This document shows, piece by piece, positions 41,215 to 56,104 of a stretch of 64,000 nt of DNA; position 1 is the stretch's first letter, and each line of letters starts with the position of its first letter. Made by a program: the position numbers and the translations under genes. The DNA comes from Octopus vulgaris (lineage: Eukaryota). The notes below the pieces were generated by a model that was not told where the DNA came from, searched no databases, and saw only the letters and a list, made by a program, of their open reading frames with translations. Where the stretch lies: assembly GCA_951406725.2 (NCBI GenBank), contig OX597823.1, positions 42,098,001-42,162,000 of the forward strand, given 5' to 3'.

Positions 41215-41950
41215 TTGAACCGGGGGAAAATGCCTTCTGGTATTTATTTTGACTCCTTATATTCTGAATTTAAATCCTGCCTAGGTCAACTTAGCCTTTC
41301 ATCTGTTCAGGGTTGGTAAAATAAAGGTACCTGTTAAATACTAGGGTCCATGGCATCAACTGATCCCTTACCCTCAAAATTGTTGGTCAAAACACTTAGC
41401 AGCATTTCCTCCAGCCTTTACATTCTGAATTCAAATTCAACAAAGGTCAACTTTGCCCTTTATCATTTCAAGGTCGATAAAATAAGTACCAATTGCACAC
41501 TGGGGATGATGTCATTGATTAGCACCCACACCTCTAAACTTTCAAGTCTTGTGTCTATGGAAGAAAGGGTTATTTTTCCCAACTTATTACGTTCTAAATT
41601 CAAATTCTGTCAGGGGATAACTTTGCTTTTCATCCCCACCTGGTCAATATAAAATAGTGTCTGTTAAGTTCTAGGGTCAATGTAATTGATTAATCCCTAT
41701 CTCTCAAAATTGCTATCCTTGTGCCAAAATATGAAGCCCTTATTAGTCAACTAAAAGGCAGTGAATTGGTAACATCTTTAGAGCACTGGGCTTCATCCAG
41801 CTCTTTACATTCTGAGTTCAAATTCCAGGCCAACTTTACCTTTCATCTGTCTAAGATTGACAAAATAAAGTAGCAGTCAAGTACCAGGGTCTGTGTTATA
41901 AGCTAGATCCTTCCTTTAAAAAAAATTTTAGCCTTTTACCTAAATTAAAA
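41040..41950 (+). mobile_element. (TAT)/(TAG) tract followed by about four older tandem SINE B copies
   Basis: Repeated ttctgarttcaaatt...tcaactttgcctt.catc...aaaataa..gtacc blocks. Confidence 0.78.
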
Positions 41951-42548
41951 ATCATTTTTATTAGTCAACTAGTCAACTGCTGTTACTGAAAGATAGATGA
42001 AATAATTAATAATGAATCAAACAATTGAGTAGTTAATTGCTTAATTAGTTATATCTGAAAGCATAAAAGATGTGTGGATATTAGATTTACCCAAATCTCA
42101 GCAGCGCATAATAAGGGAAAAGGTTTTAGTGCATTAAAGATTATGAGAAGCCAAACTTTACATCTACAGCACAGGGAGAATTTCTGAAATATTTTTATTT
42201 TTTTGGAAAAAAAAAGCATCTTATTGATCATCAAATATTGTAACTATTGACTAATAATAATGAAAAGAAGTGAAACGGTTTCAGTTCATGTGTTTCTTAT
42301 TGGCAAAATTACATTTTTAAGATGCAGCTCTTATTTTTTTTCTTCTATTTCTTCTTTTCCTCTACCTTCATTTTTCCTCTCCTCGCCACCTGTTTTTTCC
42401 CTTTTATTCCTCTACTCTTCTCTCTCTTTTCTTCTTCTTTACTTTTTTTTCCTTTCTTTCCTTCCCAAACACCCACCCATCCATCCACAACCAGTTCTGT
42501 CCATCTGTTTTTGTTTCTGATATATCCAACACTTTCTATTTTCTTCAG

Positions 42549-42575
42549 GCCAACCTGGAGGTAGGAGACCCTCAG
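42549..42575 (+). CDS. Candidate 27-nt micro-exon (xQPGGRRPSx or ANLEVGDPQ); alternative donor after 42560 gives 12 nt
   Basis: About 220-nt pyrimidine tract, ttttcttcag acceptor, GC-rich body, CAG|gtcagt and GAG|gtagga donors, both lengths divisible by three. Confidence 0.45.
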
Positions 42576-42925
42576 GTCAGTTTTTTGTATCCCTGCACCA
42601 TGTTTGAAATGTTGTCCGTAGAGTTTTCTGCTGCTTCTTCCAGTTTCTTTCTCCTTTGTTTTTTTACCTTCTTTTTTCTCTCTCTCTCTCACTCTACCTT
42701 TTTTCTTTTAATCACTTGTGTTAACACTGCCAGAATTACAATACTAGCAAACACCTTGGAAAATATTCAAATTTCAAATCAACGAATAAATCAAATCCAG
42801 CAGCTAATTCAGTTGTCCTAGTCATATTATTATTATAATTATCATTACTATTGTTATTATTATTTGCAGTATGAGTATTATTTTTATTACTATTATAATT
42901 AGTTGCGCTATGATGATTATTATTA

Positions 42926-42974
<49 letters not shown>

Positions 42975-42976
<2 letters not shown>

Positions 42977-43111
42977 TGCTGAGATCGACTTTGCTTGTCA
43001 TCTTTTGGGGTCGATGAGAAAATTACCAGTCGAGTACTAGGTCGATATAATCGACTATCTTCCTCTTCTAATTTCAGGCCTTGTGCCTATAGTAGAAAGA
43101 CTTATCATTAC

Positions 43112-43151
<40 letters not shown>

Positions 43152-43256
43152 AAATTCTGCCAAGGTCAACTTTGTCTTTCATCTTTTCGGGGTCGATAAA
43201 TTAATCAACTTGCCCCTTCTCCCAGAATTTCAGGCCTTGTGCCTATAATAGAAAGG

Positions 43257-43303
<47 letters not shown>

Positions 43304-43535
43304 GAAGGCAATGAGCTTGCAGAATTGTTAGCATGACAGGTAAAATGCTTAGAGGCATTTTGTCCATCTTTATGCTTTGAGTTCAAATTCTGCCAAGATC
43401 AGCTTTGCTTTTTATCCTTTTGGGGGTCAATAAAATAAAAACCAGTCAAGTACTGGGATCAATGTTATCAACTTACCCCTTCTCAAAAACTTACTGCTTT
43501 TGCACTAAAATTTGAAACCATTATTATTATTATTA

Positions 43536-43570
<35 letters not shown>

Positions 43571-44020
43571 GATATTATTATTATTAAGGCATGGAGCTGG
43601 TAGAATCGTTAGCACACCAGGCAAAATAGTTAGTGGTATTTCGTCTATCCTTAGATTCTAAGTTCGAATTCCGCCAGGTTCAACTTTGCCTTTTATCCCT
43701 CTCGGGGTCAATGAAATAGCTACTGTTTGAGCACTGGGGGTCAATGTAATCGACTTACTTTCTCCCCATATTTTCAGGCCTTGTGCCTATAGTGGAAAGG
43801 ATTATTATTATTATTATTATTATTATCAAGGCAGTGAGTTGGCAGAATCATTAGTTTAGTAGCATTTTTGCTAGTGCTTTATATTTCAAACACAACCTCA
43901 AATCCTGCCAAAGTCAACTTTTCGTTTCTTCCTTTCGAGGTTGATAAAAAAAATAGTACCAGTCAAATACTAGGGGTTGATGCAATCTACTTGTCCTCTC
44001 CCCTCAAAGTTATAAAGAAT
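42975..44020 (+). mobile_element. Train of five co-oriented SINE B copies in (TAT)n
   Basis: Two 5'-truncated copies (42975, 43150) and three headed copies (43304, 43586, 43829), each preceded by (TAT)n. Confidence 0.9.
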
Positions 44021-44199
44021 TACTATTAGTCCCATTATGCATCATTATTTTTTGTTTGTTGTGTTTAATTTTTATTTTATTTTTTTTTTAATTTATTAAT
44101 TTTCCCCTTTGGTTTTCTGTGTGATACATTATATATACCACCATACAGAATTATGTAAAATCATTTTTGTTGATATTTTTACTTTCCTTATTTTTAACA

Positions 44200-45262
<1,063 letters not shown>

Positions 45263-46229
45263 ATGTTTGCATATTTAGCTTTGTGGCATGAATACTTATT
45301 TCTCTATAACTATATACTATATATACATTTGCCTTTATAGCTGTGCATATGTGTGTGTGTTATGTGCTTGTTTGTACTTTGTCTTTTTCAAAATCTACTT
45401 ATATACTGGTAATGTCACTTCTGCTTATACAGATGTGTGATGTGTGCATGCATGTGTGTGTGTGTGTGTGTGTGTGTATGCATCTATGTTTGTATGCATA
45501 TGCACACACAAAGACACACAGATACATGCATATATAAGAGTGTGTTTGTAAGTATGGGTGTATAAGAGCTTAACACATATTTACGCTTGCATATAAATTT
45601 ATATAAATAAATTTTATGCCTAATTATATTTCTGTGATAGTAAAAGAGATATGTATATATATATATGTAAGGTTATGTGTGGGTATATAAATTATATATA
45701 TCTAAATTTTATATATATATGTATACCCTTTTGTTCTTTTCCTTTCTTTCCATGATTATTCTCATTAAATCTCTTTCTCTAAATGTTTTAAAACAACAAC
45801 TTTTCTTTATGATTGTTTGTTATTTAGTCCATGTGTTTCAACACCAAATACAAAAATCTATTGTTATATGTGTTACTTTTGTTACTGTTATAGCTGTTAT
45901 AGGCTGATGGAAGGAAGAATCATTAGAGTATCAGTATTATAATTATTTCCTTCTTTCTTTCTTTTTTCTTTTTTTTTTGCCCTTTCTATTCTAAATTCAA
46001 ATTTCACTTCACTGAGATCAACTTTGTCTTTCGTTCCTACAGGGTCATTAAAATAAAGTGCTATTGAAGTACTAAAGTTGATTGAATCAAGTATCCCCCT
46101 CCCCTCAAAACTGATATCCTAGTGCATAAATTAAGAAACGTTAGACTAGACAAGTCATGATTTTACATAACTTTACAGCATATATGTGTGTGTGCATGCA
46201 TGTGTGTGAATGTACAAGAGTGTGTGTAT

Positions 46230-46416
46230 CTAGAATTGTTAGCATGTCAAGTGAAATGTTTAGCAGCATTTCATCTGTCTCCAGATTCCATTGGGGTCAA
46301 TAAATTAAGTTCCAGTGAAACACTGGGTTCGATATAATCGACTAGTCTCCTCCCCCAAAATTTCAGTCTTTGTACCCTTTTAGCAAACGAGGATTATCAT
46401 CATCCTTATTATTATA

Positions 46417-46469
<53 letters not shown>

Positions 46470-46745
46470 CATTATTATTAAAGTTGGCAAACTGGCAGAA
46501 TTGTTAGCACCCTAAGTAAAATGCTTAATGGTATTCCATTTGTCTTTACATTCTAAGTTCAAATTCCACAGAGGTTCACTTTGCCTTTCATCCTTTCAGG
46601 GTCAGTAAATTAAGTACCAGTCATACACTGGGGTCGATGTAATCAACTTACCACCTCCCTCAAATTTCAGGCCTTGTGCCTATAGTAGAAAGAATTAATA
46701 TTATTATTATTATTATTATTATTATTATCAATTATCAATAATGAT
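46230..46745 (+). mobile_element. Two tandem SINE B copies with (TAT)n tails
   Basis: Same body and tail as the other trains. Confidence 0.85.
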
Positions 46746-47437
46746 TCTGCCAGCTTATTATTATTATCAATAAGCTTTGATCCCATGCCACAAAAATTTG
46801 TATTGGAAATGTTGTGAGGTAAAATCTCATGCAAAACAATATAAGTAGGGCAAAAACTTTGGATTTAAGTATAATTAATTTTTTTTCCTTTAAAAACAAA
46901 CAATATTTTAATCAAGCTCAAATGATCGAGCTCAATTCAAGGAATTTCATGGTATCACTCTCATGCAATGAAGTTTTAAAAGAAAAATTTTATGAGTATT
47001 TGTTTCTCAAATTTGAGGGTGATGCTATAGTTCTATACTTTTTTATGAATATAGTTCTATAAGGGAACTTTTAATATATGTCACCAGCATCATTCAGGTA
47101 AGGAAAAAAATTGTCAATGACACTGCTAATTTCTAATTAGTTTAATTACATCATCTATATTAATTAATGCAATTATATCATAAAACTAAAAAAAATTTAA
47201 ATACTATTTAGAAATTTTTGGCAATAACCTAGCCATTTTGGCAATCTTTCATTTTAAGTCAATGGCATGTGCATACAGCTCAGCTGTTACCTTATGGTGT
47301 TTGCTAAATTCTGTGAAAAGTTTTATTTATTTATTTTTCTGAGTGGAAATGTACATTTTCTTTGAAGTCAGCATAAAGTGTAAGACAGAGGGAATGAACA
47401 TGGACGTGTGTATGTGTTGGTGGGGGGTGCAAGACAG

Positions 47438-48024
47438 AAAGTGTGTATTGTATGTGTATGTGAGAGAGAGAGGGGGGGGAGAGTGACAGCATACATTTTT
47501 TTATTTATTTTTTCACATCTTTTATAAGTCAATGTGTGAGTGATTGACTGAGAGAGAGAGAGAAAGAGAGCGAGAAGGTGTGTATGTGTCTCTGTGAGAC
47601 AGAGAAAAAGAGAGAGAGAGAGATTGTGAAAGCATAAATTTTACTTAGCTACTTCTACATACATGCGAAAAAAAGATTGTCCTGAGAACACACACCTTCA
47701 CTCAGTGACTATCTTCATCTCTCCCTCACACGCACACATACAAAAAGCATGTATGCATATTTATTTATGTATGTATGTGTATACGACAGATAATGGGTGT
47801 ACGTATGTGTTTGTGTGCATGTGTGACCGACCCTAGCCATTTTACACATACATGACAGCACATTTCTCTCTCTCTCTCTCTCTCTCTGACAATGCACCTC
47901 TCACTCTCGCTCAGTCAATCACTCACACAGTCACTCAAAAAGGATGCGAGGAAAAGTAAATAAAAAAATGTACACTGTCATTCTCTCTCTTCTTCTCATA
48001 CACACACACAACAACAACACACAC

Positions 48025-48066
<42 letters not shown>

Positions 48067-48090
48067 TATACGCATACACAATGCACTTTT
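47438..48090. repeat. Degenerate fold-back (MITE-like inverted repeat)
   Basis: 47481-47556 is the inverted counterpart of 47906-47984; outer blocks 47438-47462 and 48061-48090 also pair. Confidence 0.7.
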
Positions 48091-48177
48091 CAAATTGCAA
48101 TAACCTTAAATCTTAAATTATTAATTGACACATTATTAATTAGCATAATAGCATAGCCTGGAAAAAAAACATGAATT

Positions 48178-49058
48178 ACATGGCAAAATGTGAGCAAGAG
48201 AAATAATATTCTCAAGATTATAAACCTGGAAATGTACATGACAAGTTATTATGCTTGGAAAAGTTCAGGACAAGTCATTACATCTGGTAAAGTACAGAGC
48301 AAGAAAATTTTTACTTAAAATATTGCAGCTAAGGATAAAATTTGAGTACTAAAAATTATTTGATTTTAATTTACTAAGTAACATTATAATTAAAAAAGGT
48401 ATCATCATTTTGTTAAAATATTGACACGCTAGAATACTTAAAATATGAGAGCTAAAAGTGCCAATATAGCTAAAGTTTTATCCAAAGTAGAATGGTATAT
48501 ATGTTAGGGAAATTCATTATGTAAAAAAATAGGCATTGGGTCAAGACTAAAAATGTAAAGTCTTGGCAATAACTTGGGCAATACCTCAAGCAAATTTTAC
48601 TGTGAATTTGTTATTAAAGTAGATTTTACTGTAATATATAACAAATTTTTGTATTATTCTATTTATTGTACTAACTAATTATGTACTACTACTTTTTGTA
48701 ACCTATTTTCAAATTTCTAATTATTAATTAATAATTAAAAAAAGGAATTTTTTTAAAGTATAAAAATATTTTGAGTTATTTTTTTATTTTTAATAGAAGT
48801 AACAACTATTTTTATTTTTAATAGAAGTACTAACTTGTAATAAAGTTTTAGTTTTAATAAAAGCTAATATTTTCTAAATCTAAATATTTTATATGAAATT
48901 TCATCCTTAGCTGTAATATTTTAAGTAAAAATTTTCTTGTTCTGTACTTTACCAAATGTAATAACTTGTCCTAAACTTTTTCAAGTATAACTAGTCCTGT
49001 AATTTTTCAGGTTTATAATCTTGAGAATATTATTTCTCTTCCTCGCATTTTTCCATGT
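48178..49058. mobile_element. Non-autonomous DNA transposon with about 165-bp TIRs and TA flanks
   Basis: ta-catggcaaaatg...aaggataaaattt (to 48343) is inverted at aaatttcatcctt...catttttccatg-ta (from 48896); AT-rich non-coding interior. Confidence 0.88.
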
Positions 49059-49330
49059 AAGATGTATATATAACTTGCTTTAAATCTCTGAACGAGAGAT
49101 CTACAGTAACAGTATATATATATAGTTGAAATTTACAGAAAAACAAAAGATGAAGACAGGTATATAAACAACAAGCAAATGTATTAGTTTGATGCTGAAA
49201 AAGGTGAGAAAGTCTTTTACGTTTTAATTCTATGCTTTTCAACAGAAGGGAGCACAAGGAAATAAACAGAAAGAGAATTTTAAAATCTTGTAGATTTAGC
49301 AAGGAATCATGCTGATACGTGGGGTGGGGG

Positions 49331-49393
<63 letters not shown>

Positions 49394-49444
49394 GCATATA
49401 TATGTGCGTGTATTTGTGTATGTATATATATATATGTATATATA

Positions 49445-50608
49445 TCAGGCTGAGTAAAAATTAAGCAACGTTTTTAAACATGAAATTCATCTCAATATAT
49501 TTCAACAATGTGAAAATTTTATTCATCAAAGTAAGTACCATTACAATCAACACCATTTTGCCAATAAGTTGCAAGTTCGTTTATTCTGGTAAAATGAAAT
49601 CTGGAGCTGTGGAGCTGATGAACTCTTTCAATGCACTTTCAGCATCAGTTTGATTTTTGAACTCCTTCTCTTGCAGGAAACCATCAAGGTGCTCGAAAAA
49701 GTGATAATCGGTAGGAGAAAGTTCTGGGGAATAAGCTGGGTGGGGAAGAACTTCGTACCTAAGTTCCCTTAACTGCTGGAGCATCATTACTGAAATGTGT
49801 GTTTGAGCATTGTCACAAAAAATGATTGGCCGTCTTCTGTTGACCAATCTGGGATGGAGGAGTAGCAGTTTTTCATTCATTTTGGCAATATGCTTCTGCA
49901 GTAAAGGTTTGTCCAGGTTTTAAGTAGTTATTGTAGATGGGTCCAGCAGTACACCACCAAACAGTCACCATAACCTTCTTGTTTGGATTTAAGGAAGGCA
50001 GTTTGTTTATGGAGAAGAAGCAACGTGCAAATTTCATATCTGTGCATTTTCTAATTTTTATTCAAATCACATGCAACCCATTTGTCAAGCTTTTTTGATT
50101 TTCCGATCAATTGCAAATGGTTTCAGGCAGTTTTCTAGCTAAGCTGAAGTTCTTTTGCCAGTTCTCGAGTTGTTTTACATGGATCTTTATCAATGATGGT
50201 CTTTAATTGACTATCATCAATGACAGATGGGTGTCCACTATGTTTACGATCTTCAAGGCTCAGGTCTCCATTGTGAAATCATTTGAACCCTTTTTGAGCT
50301 GCCCACTCACTGGTCATTTCTTCACTAAATGTTTCGTTGATATTGCAAGCAGTCTCAGTTGCTTTACGTCCTTTTTTGAAGTCAAATAGCAAAGGTTTTT
50401 GAATATTGCGCTTTGACAGTTCCATTTCAGATGATTGTAACAATGAGGAAAACAATATCAATGTTAATTTATGGGTGCATTTGGGCAAGTCTATATTTGT
50501 ATTATTAGACAATTGTAAAAAAATGTTTTTAAAAAATTCAGAACTCTGCAAAAATTCCTGTACAAATTCTTCACAGTTCAAAACTTTGCTTACTTTTTAC
50601 TCGACCTG

Positions 50609-50609
<1 letters not shown>
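49445..50609 (-). mobile_element. Near-full-length defective mariner element
   Basis: TIRs TCAGGCTGAGTAAAAATTAAGCAA / TTGCTTACTTTTTACTCGACCTGA, TA flanks; transposase pieces MELSKRNIQ...KGRKATETACNIN and DNA...HPAYSPELSPTDYHFF, broken by stops and frameshifts. Confidence 0.95.
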
Positions 50610-50690
<81 letters not shown>

Positions 50691-53364
50691 CCAAGTAGTT
50701 AAGAAGTTTGCTTCACTGACAGGAGTTCTTTTGTTTGATCCTCCTCTGTGACAACTTTAAGAAATATCATGTTCTGAAGAGGGCATGAAACTTCAGACTG
50801 AACCCCACATTTTGTGAATCAAATTGCATGCATAGACACTAATTGGAAGCCATCAAATGGACTGGCATTCCGTAATTCAAGGGTCACACACAGTCACGTT
50901 ATTTCTGCCAGAGGACTACATTAAATGTGCACTTGTCAGCCACTTACATATTAATTTAATTAGGGTGTCAGTTGATCAGACTACTGAATCTTCAACCAAT
51001 GCAGATCTCTTTGTGAACATATATGTGTGTGTGTCTATACATATATGTAGATAAAGATGAGTATGTGTGTTTGTGCATGTATGTATGCCAACCAAAGTCC
51101 AAAGTGTGGATTTCATAAACAAACTGAAAGAAGCCAAGCATATAGTTGTGTTTATTTGTGGCTCCTTGTCCTGTAATCAAGTGGTTGTTATGAATTAGCC
51201 TCACCATCAGGCAAACAGTCTTCATGAAAAATATCTAACCTTGAGAAAATATTAGCTTGCTTGGAAACAAGTGGGAGTTCATGACAAGAAAGTCTCCAGC
51301 TTTGATTTCTGTTTTACTCTATTGGTATATGTATTCTTAAGGTGAGTTTGACATATATAAATTTATATAAATACATATAACAAAAGTGCAAAGAATAGAT
51401 GGGAACAAGGAAGAATAAGGAGTTACATGTTGCCTCAAGTCTTTTATATAAAACAATGTTTTGGTATATACATTTCTGAGTTTGCAGCTAAAAGGGAATC
51501 TTTGTAGTATAGGAAAACAGTCATATTTAACTGACCTGAATCAAGTCTTGTTGATTTCAGCTTCAAAGTTTTCAGCAATTTTTCTATATTTTTTCCCATA
51601 AATACACATATGCATCCTATATTGAAAAATGCTAGGTACAATGATTTATTCTTAGCTAATAACTTATTTTGTTGTTGTTTTATTAAGAAGGTGACATTAT
51701 TGACAGTTTCCCACCTCTGCTTTACATTAACACTTTTCACTTTGCTCTTCCACTCATTCACCATAATGTTATATTATCTTTGTCATTATTGTGATCAACA
51801 GAAATTACCATTATTATTATAATCAATAGACTTATCATCATCGTCATCATCAGCATTATCGTCCATGACTCAGTACATTTCTGCATTTTGTCAATATATT
51901 CTGGCATGGATTAAACATTGGATTAGTAAACTGGTGGAAGGGTGTCCATTTAATGTCCAGCTTAAGCTGCTTTAGTCAGATCAAAGCTAAATTAAACAAT
52001 TATTGCCAAACTGTCTTTAAGAATAACAGACTAGTAGAAACCTCTCTGGCTTCCTGCCATAAACTGAAAGTCAGACACATATGCACATGTGCGCACACCT
52101 TCACACATTCCACCACATACACTACACACACACACGTATGCATACACACACACAGAGGTATTTTCTTCTATTTTTCCATTCTCTTACTTCTTTGATACTC
52201 TCAGCCGTTTCTCCTCTTCTCATTTCCACTTGTTTTAAGCATTATGCATTTAAGGTGGGGAATTAATAACCTGGCTCTGCTGTGCCAAACTTGATAATAT
52301 TTGTGGTTTCTGGTTTCCATATGCTTCTTTTGAAATGCTTGTGATATGATGTCATAAGAATAGCTAAAATATGCAATAAGCTGGATTGGCAGTTCATAAT
52401 TTGTCACCAATATAACTCTGTCACTAGCAGGTCACTTAACAGGTTCTACGAGCCGCTGATACATTTCAATACTGCAGCCAGCAAGAGATTTATATATATA
52501 CCAAGTGATTGTCTTATAACTAGCAGTATAATATACTTCTCATATTGCCATCCATATATCATACTTAATGCATATATATTGTTGAAAGACAAAATACTGT
52601 GGTTTTCATTCAAGGTAAAATATCTTATTGGTGTTCTGTGTTAAAAACACAATATGTATTGGTGGGAGAAGAAAATCGCTCTGGTAGCAACCAGCAAGAA
52701 TGTTAGGGCAATGGTTTGCACTCACAGCCCTCTCAGACAGAGAAAAAAATATCTCAGATGGAAAACACAGTATATATACATTAGGTATTGTACACAGATG
52801 GCTGTTTTAATTTAATACTACTTCTGTTAGATCTCTCAGATTTTTATTCAGCTTGGGGGCTATTTGCAATATCAGAGAATGTATTATTCATTGTTTTCTA
52901 TATAACGAAGGTGACAAATTTCCTTTTGGCTTGTGGCTGTAAGTATACATCATTCACAAGGTCCAAGAAAGTCAAAATGTATCTGACATTCATGTAAGTC
53001 ACTACTGTGATGATGTTCATGTTACTCCAATATATATCATGATTTTAACATGACAGATCTATAAGGGATTATATTTCAGAGAAAAATTGCAGTATCTTGC
53101 CAATCAACAATGTGTATACATTTAGTATCAGACATAGATGGCTATTCTAATTTAAAGCTGCTCCAGCTGCATACACCAGATATTTTTCTTAATTTATTTT
53201 TGATATGATATATAGGTGCATTTCTGCATGTGTACATGTGTGTGCATATGTGTGTATATATACATATATATATATATGTATGTATGTATGTGTGTAAGTA
53301 TGTATATATGTATGTATGCATATATATGTATCTATATATAGGTATATCTATATGTAAATATATA

Positions 53365-53592
53365 TGTGTGTGTTTTTTGTCTTGTTTTCCATTTGTGTCT
53401 TTCTTTATTCGGTAAAATAGTTCATATTCCTTGTACTTCGTATATTTTTGCTGTACATGTTTCATGATGTCCTGTGCCCACATATGCATATATATGTATA
53501 GATGTAAGTATGTACATATACGCATGTATATATGCATATATATTATTTATATTATTATATGATTGAACACTATGCATCCTCTTCGAATAAGT
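53365..53592 (+). repeat. Copy of the Penelope-like terminal repeat unit
   Basis: Aligns with 54260-54445 and 55030-55210 (gttcatattcc...catgaygtcctgtgcc.acatatgc). Confidence 0.7.
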
Positions 53593-53609
53593 ATATATAT
53601 ATATGTATA

Positions 53610-53668
<59 letters not shown>

Positions 53669-53678
53669 GTATATATAA

Positions 53679-53709
<31 letters not shown>

Positions 53710-53764
53710 TGCATATATACATACCTATATGTACATACATCTAAACATATATGTTTAGATGCAT

Positions 53765-54075
53765 GTCACCTTGGGCAAGTGTCTTCTGCTATAGCCCTGG
53801 GCCAACCAATGCCTTGTGAGTGGATTTGGTAGACGGAAACTGAAAGAAGCCTGTCGTATATATGTATATATATGTATGTGTTTGTGTGTCTGTGTTTGTA
53901 CCCTAGCATTGCTTGACAACCGATGCTGGTGTGTTTACGTCCCTGTCACTTAATGGTTCGGCAAAGAGACCGATAGAATAAGTACTGGGCTTACAAAGAA
54001 TAAGTCCCGGGTCGATTTGCTCGACTATCAGCATGGCCGCATCAAATGACTGAAACATGTAAAATATAAAAGTGT
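53765..54075 (+). mobile_element. SINE family A, 5'-truncated young copy
   Basis: Close match to 11200-11525. Confidence 0.9.
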
Positions 54076-54084
54076 AAAATGATA

Positions 54085-55210
54085 TATATGCGTATGTGGG
54101 CAAAGAACATCACGAAATGTCTACAGCAAAAAATACAAAGTACGAGTACATGGAATATGAACTATTTTTTCGAATAACGAAGGACAAATTGGAAAACAAG
54201 TCAAACAACACAACAAGACAAAGAACACATCAGTTGTTGGCTGTTTTTCTACTCTCTTATAGTTCCTATTCCATGCACTTGTACTTTGTATTTTTTGTTG
54301 TACACATTTTCATGACGTCCTGTGCCCACATATGCCTATATATATATATACGTATAAAAGTAAGTATGTACATATACATATGCATATATATTATATGATT
54401 ATATTATTATATGATTAAACGCCACGCATCCTCTTCCAAGTAAGTTTTATCTGAATAATTCTGATGTGCACTCTATCTTTTTACCCTTTCGTTTTTCTCT
54501 TTTATTCTTTTACCTCCTCTTCTCCCATTAGTCTATCCTATTACTCTTTCGTTTTTTTCTCTTACTCTTCTACATCCCCTTCTCCCCCTCCTGTTTTTTC
54601 CTCAATTATCCTATCTCCAATTTTTTCCTCTCCCCTTCACAGTTCTCTGCCTGTCACTCTCTCTCCCTCACACTTCCTCCCTTGCTCACGTGGCTCCCAC
54701 ATGACCATCAGCCATCTTTCTTCTCCTAACTTGTGTTTCTTTCTTTCTCTCCATTATAGCTGGATCAAGGAAGACAGGTTCTTGTCTGTCTCCTGTCCAA
54801 GCTTGATTTATGCATTTGCCACCACAACCTTGTTTAGGCTTAGCAGCCCTTCCTGTTTGTTTTCACTGTCCTGTTTGTGTTACCAATATTGACCCTCCGC
54901 ATAATCCCAAATTTTATTTACTTTGCTTTGCGGGAGTAACTGTTTCATTGAAAGCATATATTGTTGTTCAATGCTCGAAATACAAGAGCTGAAAAACAGC
55001 CAACAACTGATGAAGAGTCGCTCTTTGTGTTGTTTGTCTTGTTACCCATTTGTGTCTTTCATTGTTTGAAAACATTGTTCATATTCCATGTACTTGTGCT
55101 TCGTATTTTTTTGCTGTACATGTTCCATGACGTCCTGTGCCTACATATGCATATATATACATATAGATGTAAGTATGTACATATACATATGTATATATGC
55201 ATATATATAT
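54085..55210 (+). mobile_element. Penelope-like non-coding remnant: inverted unit, direct unit, spacer, direct unit
   Basis: 54096-54250 is inverted relative to 54260-54330 and 54990-55150; class inferred from architecture only, no RT or GIY-YIG coding seen. Confidence 0.55.
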
Positions 55211-56104
55211 TATCTACATTATTATATATATATATTTATACATATACATACTTATACATATATATACTTATCTATATAGGCATGCATACACACACGTACC
55301 TGCACATATATATGTATGTATAAAAGAAATTGGTATGACAAGTGAAATAAAAAAATTATATTATGAATGTCATTAGCTTCTTGCTGTTTCAACACCCATA
55401 GTTATATTTGAGTGCATTGCATCTTATAGCAGAAACAGCTGTAAGCTAATGAAGTTCATAACATAATTGTTTATTCCTTTATCATCCGAATTCTTTATTA
55501 CCACTCTGTACTTGACTGACACTTCGTTCTGAATCATATATATATTGAGTTCTAACACCAGGTTATTAGTATCACAATGCCTGAGCGAAATATATATAAA
55601 GCATATGTATGTGTTTATTTATATTTAAAAGCTTGAATATATATGTGGGTAATTATTTACATCAATGGGCTGTAAATCTTCTTTGAATCATGTTTAATTA
55701 AAACCATGACTGGAGTACATAGTTTTTAATATACTTCATGACTTTTGAAATATATATATGTAACATGTATGTATGTGTATGTGTGTGTGTGTGTGTGTAA
55801 ACATATATGATCATTTTGTATGCAATTCTTGATCGCAAAAATCAAGGGGACCACAGTTACCAAAATAGAGTGTATGTCATTACATTCTTCTGTTCTATTA
55901 AGCAAGATATTAAACTAACAGCAGGAGACATTTTTCTTTTTCTTTTACAGCACATTACTGGCTGAGAGGTTTCTACCTCTAATGAGATGTACATATGAAG
56001 ATTATATAGATATATATATATATATAATCTTCATGTATGTATTTATATATATATATGCATATATATATAATCTTCATGCATGTATAAATATATATATATA
56101 TATA

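Noticed and set aside
42345-42692. 115-aa Lys/Glu-rich minus-strand ORF
   Set aside because: Antisense translation of the polypyrimidine tracts around the micro-exon candidate.
50773-50797. CTGAAGA...GAAAC hammerhead-like string
   Set aside because: Stem II cannot form, and ctgaag pairs with cttcag instead.
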